Positions 1 to 13,314 of a stretch of DNA of 64,000 nucleotides are shown in pieces; within the stretch, counting starts at the first letter, position 1; each line of letters starts with the position of its first letter. The stretch is from positions 1 to 64,000 of the forward strand of contig JASANG010000864.1 of the NCBI GenBank assembly GCA_030248215.1. The letters run 5' to 3'. This stretch comes from Enoplolaimus lenunculus. Taxonomy: Eukaryota. Position numbers and translations under genes: made by a program. The notes below the pieces were generated by a model. The model did not search any database, was not told where the DNA came from, and saw only the letters and a program-made list of their open reading frames with translations.

Positions 1-714
1 TCCAAGACCTCCCGTGATGATTCCACGCCTAAATTTGAGTTTTTAAAAAATTCGAGTTTTCCAAATTATGTATGTGAAGCGTTCCAGTTTTAATAATATA
101 AATGCAGTCACACTAATTGAACAACTGCGTCAGATTCAAAATTTTTCAGTGGTACTGCAAAATTTAAGGTAAGTTGAGTTTGGATTTTTGAAAATTTTTT
201 AAATTTACCTTGGAAATTCACGTGGTAAAAGTTAACTACTAATGCGGATATTTGTAAGATTGAATTCAACTGGACGGCTCATACCAAACTCAGCATTCGC
301 CGGTATTCATATGCGATATAACGGTTTCGGAACCAAGTTGCTATGTTACATACAATTCGGTTCCAACTGTACTAATAGAGCACTAACTAAAGTGTCTGGT
401 ATATGTTTCATAACTATTCAATTCAATTCATTAACATGAAATTATAATACAGATTATAAAACAAGCTTAATAACGAATAGATTACAAAGCGACCAAGGCC
501 GCTTATACATCTAATCAGGGTCTCGTTCGTATTGTAATTTATGAGTCAAGTTAACATTTTTCAAAAGATTTGCAAAAAATTTTTTGCGTTCGCAATATTC
601 AAACTAAAACTAATTTTAAATGCAACTTTTAACTCGTCCCATATACTCTATAAAAGCAATAGACTGTGAAATTAAAAGTTTTTCACTGAAATTAACGTTT
701 TCGTAAATAAATTC

Positions 715-952
715 GGCCAGTGTAAAGAACAGGGGTGGAACAGTATTATAAGCATTTTCCTAAGTCTAAGCTTAAACCTAAGCTTAAGTCTAAGCGTAAG
801 AATCAGCATATTCCTAAGCCTAAGTGTAAGAATGGGTTTATCCCTAAGCATAAGCGTAAGCCTAAGCCAAGCAAAAGAATTAGTCTAAAGCTTAAGCTTA
901 TTCTATTCATGCCCCACAGAAAAACGTTCCGCCTGTGATGTTTACATGGGTC
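715..952. mobile_element. MITE family A (TIR GGCC(C/A)ATGTAAAGA(T/A)CAGGGGCGGAAC, internal TTAGGC/CCTAAG hexamers)
   Basis: Many full or partial copies, approx. 5782-5964, 12405-12523, 16724-16870, 17467-17653, 23180-23330, 25057-25275, 36647-36735, 38735-38873, 41290-41471, 43640-43741, 46410-46599, 58250-58388, 60280-60430, 62190-62440. Confidence 0.8.
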
Positions 953-3900
953 GATAATTCAGTATTAAAGTTGGTTGAAGGAACATCCGGCAAGGTTTAG
1001 TAATTAATATGAGGAGATAACAAACGCATATTGTATAATTGAATTTCATTTTCAAATACAACAAAATTTTTTAGATCCACTGACAAAAAAACTAAGTAAT
1101 AAAAATATATATTGAGAATTATATTTGCAATTAATTACAAACTGCATAACAAATCATTACCGCTGAACGTTTTCAAGTTTTCTGATATTTCCATGCCTAA
1201 TGTTACCTCTTGGCAATTATATACCTTTCAAACCAAAATATATAAACATTGCTTATAGAAAAAATAAACCAAACCCGGTCAACTGCGCCCTTACACTCCG
1301 GTTCAATATATGCCACAATGATGAAGAGTTCACATTTCAGTTTGAAATTTAAATTCAAAATTTTAATTCACTCAATAACTTGACCTAGTAACACGTCATG
1401 CGTTTAATATATTAAAGATGTCGCGGTAAACGTGTGGAGCATAGTTCATTCGTTTTCAGCTGATTTCTAAATCTTTAGTTCGAAACTGTGGAAATTTTCA
1501 GAAATTACACTACATCTTTACCAAACTCCTCTAAATTTAAAAAAGAGCTGGACAATGTAGATCTTAACAAATTTTTGCTGTATAATCGAAAATTAGGTTA
1601 GACATAAGTAGGCTTGTCCCTTTCTAACTATTGTTATCGGTTGTAATATTCAATATAATTTTATCTCTTGTTCGTCCGACTTACATATATACGTACGTTA
1701 TTCACCAATAAAGAATGAATTTATATGGCGCATATACAGTGTAGGATTATCTTGTTAACCTTGTGTATTGTGCAGCCTTCAAGTTTGATCTGTGACAAGC
1801 TTAGACTTTCGTATTATTAATACTTGAAAATTCAACAGTTTCGGACAAAACTGGCTGTTCATGGAAGACCGATAAGGTTTGCAAGCGTCATACTAAAAAC
1901 GCTAGTAAGACGCCTTTCAATAATTTTTAGCCTTTACCGAGTACTTCTTGCTTGGCAAGGCTCATAGGATTTACGTGTACTTAGAAAGTTAAATTACTTC
2001 CGTGACTTGTGGCTAGGCTCGGCGAAAACTAGGGCTCCTGTAAAGTTAAGAGGTAAGCAGGACACATGCGTGGCCGTACCCAGCGGCGTAACCAGGATTT
2101 CATTTCGGTAAAGGATCACCACGGTTCGCCACTTTCATGGATTCTTTGTAGCACGCGTTCCTCCAAAGAATCCAATCCCTTTAAAGTGCATAGTATATCT
2201 ATACAACTAAAACTGGAATTCCCCATATACATATTTTGGGCAACTTTCCAGCGTTACTTTCTTTAACAATATTTTCTTACGACAGAAATGTGATTGTTCT
2301 GCGGACAGAAAATTTGCGTGCAGATTGTTGTACATTCGCTAACTTTTGCACATTGCGCAAAGCCGGCTGACTGGTAAGTAAAATTAATTGTGAACGAAGT
2401 CAACAATGTCCGCCAAAATACGTCATTGGATAATACAATAGATTGTCGCCTCATAATGGTGAAACCACTCACATTTATTACAGATTTCGGTCGAAAAATA
2501 GAAAACTGCTGAGATTAACTTTAAGCATAAGCGACAAAATATACGCACCGAAAGCAAAATCTTGGTTTTACGCCCATAGTTGTAGTATAAATAACTGCAG
2601 AGCTAATACACTGCAGTATTGAGCACGGGGCAAAACCGTAAAATTCAAACGCCATTTTGTTTTAGCGCTGTTGTCTATGAACATTTTGTGAAAATATTTA
2701 TTCAGCCGGCAGCTAAAACATTTGTGACCACCGTTTCTAAAGACAATTGAGTGACCAAATGCGCAAATAAAATGGACAACTGTTTTGCTGTCGTTGTTGC
2801 TGCTGTCCACGTTGTGTGTACTCGTATGAAACTTAATCATTTGAGAGTTCTGTCCGCAATGGGTACCATTGGCTTTCATAGTCTTAATAACTTGTGAATC
2901 TCTAACTGTAAGACAATTTGGATACCAGCAAATTTAACATCAGGGGGCGTATACAACGGGGCATTTTAAAATTTTAGAAAAGATAAAAACCACATTTTAA
3001 AATGTTTCGGAACCTTCTGGATGAATTCTGTAAATCAAAACATTTTTGTCCATTAAGTTAATACATACCCTTCCGAACTGAACTTCTGGCTACGCCCCTG
3101 TTTAACATCTTTGAAACCTCGTTTGCATTTTCCATTTAAATGTTTCCTATAAAGACTCGCAGTCCAGGCCCCCATTGAACAAAAGTTTCACTCTTAGAGC
3201 CATCAATTACGTATATATATAAATAGATAAATATATATATGTATATAAATAAATATATGTACATATATATAAACTGGTCATTCTGTGAAACTTATTGTGA
3301 AATCACAACGAATTCTAACAGACTTATTTAAGTTTGGTTGAATAAGCCGGGACCACTTTAGTGGTTCGGTGTGACCTTTGGTCACAACTTAAAATTTCAT
3401 GTTACATTTAGGTTCCGCTTTGCGGCCTCAATGGATGCCTGAAACCTGTGCGTTTGGAATGCAGTAATGGACACAACAAAGAACAATTTTAAGGCAGTAA
3501 TCGGAATTTAAGTGTAGCATTTATTGGCGATAGTAAAACAATCGTACGTATAAACCTCGTGAGAATTAAAGAACTTTGCCCCCAAATTTTCGTCCACGTT
3601 CTTCTTACTGAGCAGTTTTCTGTGCTATACTTTTTGGACCAGCATTGTATCGTCGAGTTTTGCGTGAAACTTTAACAAAATTTTGCAAGGCAGTAATTGT
3701 AAGATTGCAACCTAACCATAGATAAATCCGATGTACATATTACAGATAAACACCTTTTGTGCGCAAATATAAACTAATCAGGTTTGTCATCTGGAATTCA
3801 TTTGTAATTGATTTTAAACAACAATCCAGCAGGTTACACTGCAGTAAATGGTGAGTCAAATTGACTGTCTCCGAAATAGGCTTTTCCTGAATTTGACTCA

Positions 3901-6900
3901 GTTTGTTTAGGCAGGAAAAGCCCATTTCGGAGAGAGTCAATGGAGCGGCCACTCCTATACTTCCATTTGGAGGGGCCCCACCCCAAATAGAGGCCCTAAT
4001 CACCAAAGAGGAGACCCCATCCTGACAAGATTAAAAACAAAAAAATTGCCGTTAATATCAAACTTGAATATGTATTTCAAATTGAAAAATCCACAATTTG
4101 AAAAATATTTTCATCATCTCTAGAGGCCCCACCTTGGACTTGTGGTTGGGACGCCAACCCCAGCCTGCTCCGGCACTGTCCACTCTCTTGCCATTGCAAA
4201 TCACCTCTAAAATAATTTGCTTAATATCACGCAATTATCTATCTTATAATGGTCAGTTTCAACACTACGCTAAATGGCTAAAAACAGCATGCAGTCAACA
4301 TACGACGCTTCGTTTCACGACAAAATCAAACCTTGAAACCTATAAATCGCTGTCGAAGCTTTGATATAAGCAAACCTACACCGTGAGCTATATTTTCTAA
4401 ATATATATCTCGGCTAAGCTAGATTTCTAGACGTGAAAGCTAAGGTTCTATATCCGTCCAGTGTCCACTATAGCGAAACGTTTCTGTTTAAAGAGCTTAA
4501 TACAAGCATATCACATTAAAAAATGGTTTATAATTACAGATACCTACAATTTTAGTATATATTTCAGGTACAAAATATTTTTTACGATTTTTGAAACTTA
4601 AAGTTTAACACATATTAATAATAGTAATGACCATTGTTACTTTAAGGGGCGTAAGCGTATTCCTAAGCCCAAGCCTAAGCCTAAGCGTTGCAAAAATGAA
4701 TTCCTAAGCCTAAGCCTAAGCCTAAGCCTTAACCTAGGCAAAAAATGTAATCTAGAATCTAAAACTACTCTTTTGTAGACCCACCAGAAACCTGGACGCC
4801 CCTTAAAGTAACACGGGCCATAGTAATAATGGGCTAGAGAAAATGAAAAATAAGCAAAGCTGGACAAAGCTGGTACAAGACCCGAGGTCTACACGACAGA
4901 CCGGTGGTATTAAAAACACAATCTCCCAGGTGCCTTAGATTTGTGGGATACTTAAACCGAGAGGACTTTCTGGTTTTTTGCAAGGTAAATCAGACTTGCT
5001 AAGCACAAGCTTATGTTATAGTTTGACAATTTGACCAGCAATAACTATTTTGTTTATGGTCATATAAAATCAGCAAATGTAATTGCAAACAAAAAATTAA
5101 GTCAAAATTTTTAAAATTTTAATTTTTCAAGTGGTATTTTAAATTCAATTTCTCAGTTTGCTTTTTGTATACACTGCGGTTATACTAACATATCTCAGAG
5201 GCTTTCACCTGACCTACCATTATCTAAGGGTTACAACTGCCCAATACGAACGTCACAAATACCTCACCTGTGTTGCATTGAACTCGAGATAGAAATTGCT
5301 ATTTTTCAATTAACCGGAAATACATTCAGCACCACAGCCAGCTCAACATACTGGGGGAGGGACAAGAACAATTATACAGGAGGGACATGCGGTTGAAATA
5401 ACAAGCTTAGAAACGGTGGAAATGCATAGAACAGGACTGTAACAGTAGTATAAACATATTAGTAAGTTTACGCCTAAGCGTAAGAATGAGCTTATAACTA
5501 AGCTTAGGTAAAAAATCAGTCTAAAGCTTAAACCGAATCTATTGTAGTCCCGCAGAAAAGGGCTCCTGGTTTTTACAACGGCTGAAACAGCAAACGGAGA
5601 TGAAACTTTTCAGGGGTACGAGCTGAATTTTTGTAAAGTGCTGAGTCCCCTTGGCCTCCTTCAGGCTCCGGTCCCGAATATAATGTTATGTTAGCTTCGA
5701 TCGCCATATTTCCAAGCTAACCTATCACACAGGCTAAAATTCGATCTTCCACTAAACGGTGTGGTTCTTTTCTTGAACTATGGCCCATGTAAAGATCAGG
5801 GGCGAAACGTTTTTGTGTAGAACTAGAATAGAATAAGCTTAAGCTTTATACTAATTTTTGCATGGTTTAGGCTTAGGCTTATGTTTAGGAATAAACTCAT
5901 TCTTACGCTTAGGCTTAGGAATAAGCTTATAAATACTGTTCCGCCCCAGTTCTTTACGTCGGCCTGAACTATAGTTTCCTCACTAAGACCGCTCTCTCTC
6001 TTTCTCAAACGGTGCTTGTTTTGTCTTATATTACCGGTTAAAGGCTATATTCTTTTTCTTTGTCGTTTTTCGAGTCTTACTTTTCGGCTTGAGAGTTTTC
6101 AAATATCACGTTTCTGTGTTTATTTTTAGTCGATATTTTATACTCGCGGTACACAAGACTTTAGAAGGTTGCGGTTCCGATTAAAATGACTTAATAGGAA
6201 GGTAATGTTGTAGGAAACTTCGCACTTTTGCCTAATAATTGGTTAAAATTGAAGTTATGACCGATAGGCCGTTTATGGTTTAACCTTTTCCCAGCAAGTT
6301 TGAGCGATGGGGTCGGCTATGACCTTGAGTTTATTAATTCAATTTCTTGTGCTACATTTTTGTAACGTTTACTGGTTATGAAAACGTCTGATTATGTGAC
6401 ACGCTTGAAATTTACTGACTTGTAGCAAAGGCGTCGGCAGAAAATTTATATTTGTGGAGCACAGAATAATTTGAGGGGCCCTAAATATTGCAATTGAAGA
6501 TTGTTAACTTTTAGAACGACTAAATCCTGATTATATTGATCACAATGTCTGACTGAGTCTAATTGCGGGTCACCAGCACCAAATTTGGGAGGGCACGACG
6601 CCACAGTGCCCCTTCGCGGAGGGCGCCGTTGCAATGTAGACCCTATTGCTAGCGATAAGTATTGTAACTTTCGAAGCAGTAAAACGCGTTTACAAATCAG
6701 CGTGGCAGTGGAAACTGGCCCCGGCTGATCAATTTGTACAATTTTGAACTAATTCGCTTGATAAAAGTCTACTGAATCTAAGAGAATATGACTGTTGAAA
6801 GCAAATGGTCCACATTTTAAACAAGTATATATTCGAGTAAACCTAATCTCGGATATAAGGCAGGTTCGATAACTGGACGGGAGTGGTATACAGGTAATAT

Positions 6901-8221
6901 TTGTCCCGAAACACATAATTTACTGAGAGTTAAATAGGAACACGCCCTTTTGCAGCCTTCATAGAATTGAATGCCGAGATCGTTAGCTGCATACCAGGGT
7001 CTGTATTCTCAAATGTGTGTAGCACCAGCTGGTGATAGGTGTTGGAACTTTCGAATCAGGAAATGGTGAGGTTTGAAATTCAGCACATTTATTCACATTC
7101 GATTTACTCTCCTTGTGTGCAACTTTGATATCTGCAGTTACAACAGTTTGTTAGTTTTAAAACCTATTACTAACTGGTGATGCGTGCTATATGCATTTGA
7201 GAATATGGGCCCAGATTACAAAATACGTTTAACACTAAATGAAAGAAATAAAGTTTACAAATTAGCAACGCGGATGTAACAACAAGAGGTCCACGTTAGG
7301 AGGCACACAATATATAATAGCGGAGGAAGTCTCGAAAGCGAAATGAGCGAGAAGCGAAACGCAATTCTGGCGTTAAATCATGATACAATCAGTCTGGAGC
7401 AAAAACCCATATACCCCATATCGGGGCGCCACGCCATAGAAGGCATGCACCCTAACAAGCTTTTATACCAAAAATTTGAAAAATATTTTAATCATCGCAA
7501 GGGGTCCCCACCCTGGAATTTCGAGGGGGCCCACTATAGCCTGCTCCGGCACTGGGTACAATGTTATGGTTTCAAAAACCTGAACCTTAGTTTCGAACCC
7601 GTTCATTCAGAGTATTTTTTCCCATCGAAGCAAACCAAAACTCGACCTGAAAACCTAGCTAAACATCTCATTATGGAACGTTTCCTGAAATGTAACTCCA
7701 TAATTTTCTTGTTCTACTCGCGAAACCCAGAAAATACGACCAAAAATCATAGTTTTTCAAAACATGAAAACCTTTATAAGAACGACACAGGCCAGTAGCG
7801 AACTCACTTTGCTCTTGGAGGGGATAAAAACTTCTCAGGAGGGGCGTACAAGGGTTTTCAGTGACATATAAGCATGGTTAAACGTTTTCTAGGAGGGTCA
7901 ACCATTTTCAACTGTGGGGGGGCTGAGCCGCCCCTGACCCTCCCTTGGTTGCGGGCTCAGAACGAAAGCAAGATACAAAGATAGAAACGTTGAGGTATAT
8001 TGTGGAATTATAGAAAGGAAACGTTCTATAAAACATTATAATTATGGGTTTGTTTTCAGATTTAAAATATTAACTATTACGCATGCAAGCCGGGAACTTT
8101 ATTTTTCAAAAATAATAGCCGTGTAACACGCTGTGAAAGATTAAACGAAATACGAGAATGAAAACGGCATTGATTTGGTTCGACTGAAAAGCATGTCTGA
8201 AACCAGAAAATACTATCAGAG

Positions 8222-8370
8222 GGGCTACGGCAGGAGCAGCCACCACCCATACCCCCGTTTGGTGGCCTCCACCCCCAATGAAAGGGCATCTACGCCATTT
8301 TTTGATCGTTACATTGGCCCCCCCACCCAGGAATTCTGGAGGTCCCCACGCTAGTCTGCTCCGGCACTAA
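8222..8370. mobile_element. Short interspersed repeat family F (GCAGCCACCC..ATACCCCC ... GCCTGCTCCGGCACT)
   Basis: Related copies near 3940-4177, 7400-7555, 48250-48420, 52285-52448, 61505-61675. Confidence 0.6.
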
Positions 8371-10992
8371 GAGGGGCAACTCGATGGATATATACGCCAA
8401 AAATATTTCCTAACGTAAACTTCCTCAGTATTTAAAATTTTTGGTCAGACAGGTGGGACAAATATGTCCCCAGTAGGGCGGTGCCCCCTCGCAGACAGTG
8501 CGAAAATAGGGAAAAAATAATAAGAACCAAGGTAAGTGGCGGGTTGACTTTCATTAAACAGGTTTCTTAGGTAAAAATTCTAGGTACACATTCAAAAGCT
8601 GCGATGTGCAAAAACTAACATTTTCAACTGGACGCAGCACTGCACTCACAGGTGATATTTAGATACAGCGTTTACGTTATTACCAAACGGTGCATTCGAG
8701 ATATATGTCCCCACGCCAATACTATATAAAGCTTAAAGTATACAAAGTAATAGGTTCCAATATGTAGCCAAGGGGGGGGGGGGGCAGAAACAATTTTGCT
8801 CCCCGCCCCTGGAATATTTTCAACCTTGCTTGTAAGTCAACGAAAACTCTTGTATGCCTCTCCTGAAAAATTGTTTAGCTCCTTTAGCAAGGCGAGTTGG
8901 CTACTGGAACGAATATGCTAAATTTGAGTGCACACGTGATGAGTAGTCGTGACGATTGAACAGAGAGCCACATCTCGCGTTTAATGTGCCCTCATACATT
9001 TGAAGTTTAAAATTAAATCCCTTTCAGCAAATTTTTTTCTGACCCTTCTGTAAATTTACCAACCCCTTCGGTTCCTTGAGCGACATTTCTACTACCAATT
9101 CCTGCGTTCGGGTCTGACGCAATCACAAACAACAAGCTTACACCCCATTGTTTCTAAACCAACGTAGTCCAAGTCAATCTCAGCTTCATCAAGCTCGAAA
9201 TGACCACACATTAGCAGCTTTAGCTTCCGCCCGACATAACTCTACCTGGCAAACTTCACACAGAAACCATTTAAAGCCGCCTGCTAGCGGTTTACCGGGG
9301 CTGTAATTATACCTTCCAAAGGTGACCGTGGGTAACTCTCTATTCTAATGACCATAAGCTCACACATGATACCTAACTATAGAGTTGTCATAATACTGGA
9401 GTAAAATGACAATTACATAGCTAGTGCTCCGAAACTTGAAAGGTTTTGTGACATCGTACCAGACACTGTCAGTTCCATGTGGGTTTCATGGGTTGCTAAT
9501 TCGCTAGGGGCGCTTGTCGGCAGGAGCGTATACAAAGGGATGGATACGGCAAATGTCACGTCTTGAAACGTCGGAGACGAGAAAATGAGTACTTTTACAG
9601 GATATAAAATAAAATGGCAAGTTTTGTTTAGGAGTCCGAAAGTTTTCACTTCTAAGTTCGGCTGTACCTTAGAAGCTTAATTTTTAGGAGGGTCTTACCA
9701 GGATTTCACGTTTGCAAACAAGGTTAAAACTTTTCTGAGGAAGGCACAAAGTTTCCATGGGAGTTGAGCTCCCTTTGGCTCCTGTCCTCGCTCTGGCTAC
9801 GAGCGCGTGGGGGCAGGGACTTTATGCCAGCTAGCGGTTAACTTAACGAATTGTTTTAGTCACCTAAAAGTTTCAATTAGGCAGTTTGGTAACATTTAGA
9901 ACAAATTCCAGGTAATCAATCAGTTTTGCAAATTATTATTATTAAAGAATGCCATATGCCCGTTACTTAATATTATAGTCAGATGCTAACGTTTATTTGC
10001 ATGCTGGAACAGCTTTATAACACATGCAAAAGTTGCTACAAAAACACAAATAAGTAGATTGCAAAACTGCATTATTGAAAGTTGCAAGTTGAAAACAAAT
10101 AGCGATTAGAAATACAATTCACACCCAGCAGCCCCCGTAAAACTTCAAGATATTCCTTATGCCAACGCTGAGTGCTTTCGGTTCGCAATTTTACAAAATT
10201 TTAAACTTTAGCTTAGGCTTACAAAATCTATAAGTCAAACGCAAAGGTCAAAATCAAACCACAAAATGATAAACTCATTTTTACTCTGCTATTCCTCCAC
10301 ACTACAATCGAACCTGCTCAACGGAACAACACCATCTAGATTTCTCTCGGGTTGAAACAAGCCCTTAGCCAGATCACTTTGATGGGGGTCCAAACATTTT
10401 TCAAGAGGTCCATACAAGCGTTTTCGATGACTTACAAGCAAGTTTGAAAACTTTTTAGGAAGGAGCAAAAATCTTCCACGAGGGTGAACCCCTCCCCCCC
10501 TCCCCGCTGCCCTCTATGGCCACGGGTCAGGGTTGAAAATATTGAAATATTTAAACAGGTGGTCATTTTTCAAACTCAAATCTTAGCCTTAAAGCCGTGA
10601 TAAATCGTGACGACGATGTATTAGCCGTCGCCAAAATGAGTTTTTGAATATTAAACAATGTTGATTTTGGAAATTTTGCTTGCTGTCAAGATATACGCAT
10701 GTAGAAATGTATGATATTCACATATTTGGGTATATTTACCAACTGGTACTTTGAAACAGGTTGCTGCTCTGGTTCAGTTTGGTCACTGAAATGACCACAG
10801 CGAAGGAATATGGTGTTCTTGAAAAGAGTATGAAAGAAAAAGTAAACCTTAGAGACATAAATCAGTGTGTTGTTGTTGGCCACCATAAAATTACACTTAA
10901 GTTCCAAAATTTCTATATATATATCATATATATAAATATACATATATATCTATATATACGCAGAAATATATAATATGTATATATAAAAGAGA

Positions 10993-11163
10993 TCTATATA
11001 TTAAAGCTGGAACGCCCCACATACGTATTTTGGGCAACTTTCCAGCATTACTTTGTTTACAATAATTTGTTAGAAAATACATGTGATTGTTCTACAAAAA
11101 AATTGCAAGGAAATTTTTGCGCTTTGATAACTTTTGCGCATTGCGCAAAGCTGGCAGGCTAAT
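10993..11163 (+). mobile_element. Possible non-autonomous Helitron-like repeat
   Basis: Starts ATCTATA..TAAAGCTGGAA and has a 3' hairpin TTTGCGCATTGCGCAAAG; similar copy at ~2197-2380; superfamily assignment tentative. Confidence 0.4.
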
Positions 11164-12877
11164 ATATATGTGTATATACAGAAATATTGGAATTATTGCG
11201 TATAATGTTCCTAAGCATGAGAAATGCTATTTTGAGCATATTCCAGTTATATATGTAATTTTCCTACCCCCGAAACAGCCTTGATCTGGCAAAAAATATA
11301 CAAAAATCCAATGAGCCAACTCTACGCCTTCAAAACCTTTACAGAAATACAGGAAACCAGGCGAAAACTGCTGAATCATACGCTGTCAAATGGTTCGAAC
11401 CAAATGTCGTTAACAGCTGTTAACGAGTTCTTGGTCATCTGAAAATGCGGTCTAAAATATAGCTTGGGGTGTCTGGCATTTACCTAATTTAGGCAAATTG
11501 GTTTGAAGGTTTTTGCCAAATAAGTTGCACTAACCCTGGGTTTAGATTGATTAAAGCATTAATTTATGGTGATAGCAGTTACTACTACACAGGTTAGCCT
11601 AGGAACTGTCGTCTGTTATGACTGAGAGATAAACTAATGCTAAACAAAGCCGGATTGTATAATTCCAGGTATGTCAAAAGTTGGTGTTGTCAAAACTGCA
11701 ATGGCTATTGTACACTCCCCAAGTCCCCACTCGGCTTACACTACAAAAAAGTAAATCAAATCGGCTCTCTCTTGAAATAGGCTCTGCGGGATTACACAAA
11801 CTGAGACAAATTGGTCACGCCAGAGTCAAGTATACGGCGTCGTGAGTCGAAGTTAACTCTGGCGGATTCGAATTTGACTCAGTTTGTGTAGTCCAGTAGA
11901 GCGTATTTCGGAGAGAGAGAGTCAATTTGAGTCACCAGTTTTTGCAGTGTAGGTTCCGGTTTTGGAAAAAGCTTTCAAAAGCTTAAAGCCTAATCATAAA
12001 CTTTTTCCTAATCGGAAATCTAAGCCTGAAACTTTAAATGTGGGCGGAAAGTGTCAAAGAGCCAATATAATATTAGCTGGTAAAATGGAATTGCGCACAA
12101 AAAGCAGTGTTGGTTTACACTTTAGAACATGGTTTTTTCAACCGTAACTCGCCTTCGAGTGGATAATTTGGAAGGATATGTGGGGACACAAATTAGGTGC
12201 ACGTACCTTCAACATTTTTCAATGATTACGCTTAAAAATTGTTAAACACTGTGCACTGTGTATGTATTCTGTGTATTGTTTCTATTTAGTTGTTCACAGT
12301 ATTCTCTAGACAGAAAAACATAAGTTTTATGCTAGTTTTCGTATCTGCAGAAGAAATCCGTTTTCAGTAATCCGTATATCACGCCAATTATAAAAGAACA
12401 CGCGTGGGCCAGTAGTAAAGCATATTCCTAAGCCTAAGCCAAATAAAAAATAGTATAAAACTTAAGCTTGCTCTATTTCAGTCTCACGGAAAAAACGTTC
12501 CGCCCCTGAACATTACATGGGCGGGCCCATGTATCATTACAAGATTCTCATTAGCCATATGATTCGTTCATAATAAAATGCTAAAATTGCGTTTAATGAT
12601 ACCGCTATCAGACATATTGAGTGCTGTTTTAATGGCCTGCAGTACAGACTACGCGACAAAAGCCAGATATTTTGAAAATATATTCATTGAAAAGCCTAAA
12701 CACAAACAAGACTATTAAAATTGTTCATTTTGCAACCATTTTTAATTAGAAAGCTTTCGGATATATTGATACAACGTTTCTGCTAACAACGACAACAATA
12801 TGTGGCAAAAATTTTCACTTTTAAAATGAATAAAATAAGTTTTTGATCATTTAGAAAATAGTACTCTATTTTACATA

Positions 12878-13314
12878 CTGTAGTGACCCGAGTAAGAGGG
12901 GGACTGATTATTTTGCCTCTCCAGAGGGTACCCCCCTTGTTATTCGGTTACGGACTGTTATTTGTTTTTAACCCACGCTACGTCGCCCTTCGTTACTGAT
13001 ATATTTCCGGTACTGCAATTATTGGTTGAGTTAAACACTTATTTGTCTTGTGTCAATAACTTGAGCGATAATCCAAGGTTATACTTTAGGAATGTACTTT
13101 CCAAATTTAAGTAAGCTTTAAAGTTTCGAACTCAAATTATGGAGTCATTTATGCGCTACAATTAGGGTTAATTGACATTTATGGACTCTAATTAGGGTTT
13201 AGGGACTCTATCCGCTTACGGACTCTAATTAGGGATACGGACTCTAATTGATTCGGACTCAAAATGGGGACCCCCTTTTATTACCCTTCCCCCTCTTTAT
13301 TCGGATCGATACAG
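12878..13314. mobile_element. MITE family D (TIR CTGTAGTGACCCGAATAAGAG, TA flanks)
   Basis: TIRs visible; other copies at ~20349-21392 (carries the TRIM), ~49578-50012 (inverted) and ~58931-59167 (internally deleted). Confidence 0.8.

Noticed and set aside
735..938. Lys/Pro-rich and Leu/Arg/Ser-rich short ORFs (also 4637, 5823, 17431, 46378, 46445)
   Set aside because: Translations of the CCTAAG/TTAGGC core of MITE family A and its variants.
6990..7135. Minus-strand exon-like open frame with splice-like ends
   Set aside because: Similar sequence recurs at ~57000-57140, so it is a dispersed repeat.
7343..7798. 151-aa ORF
   Set aside because: Runs through a family F repeat and AT-rich sequence; no recognisable protein features.
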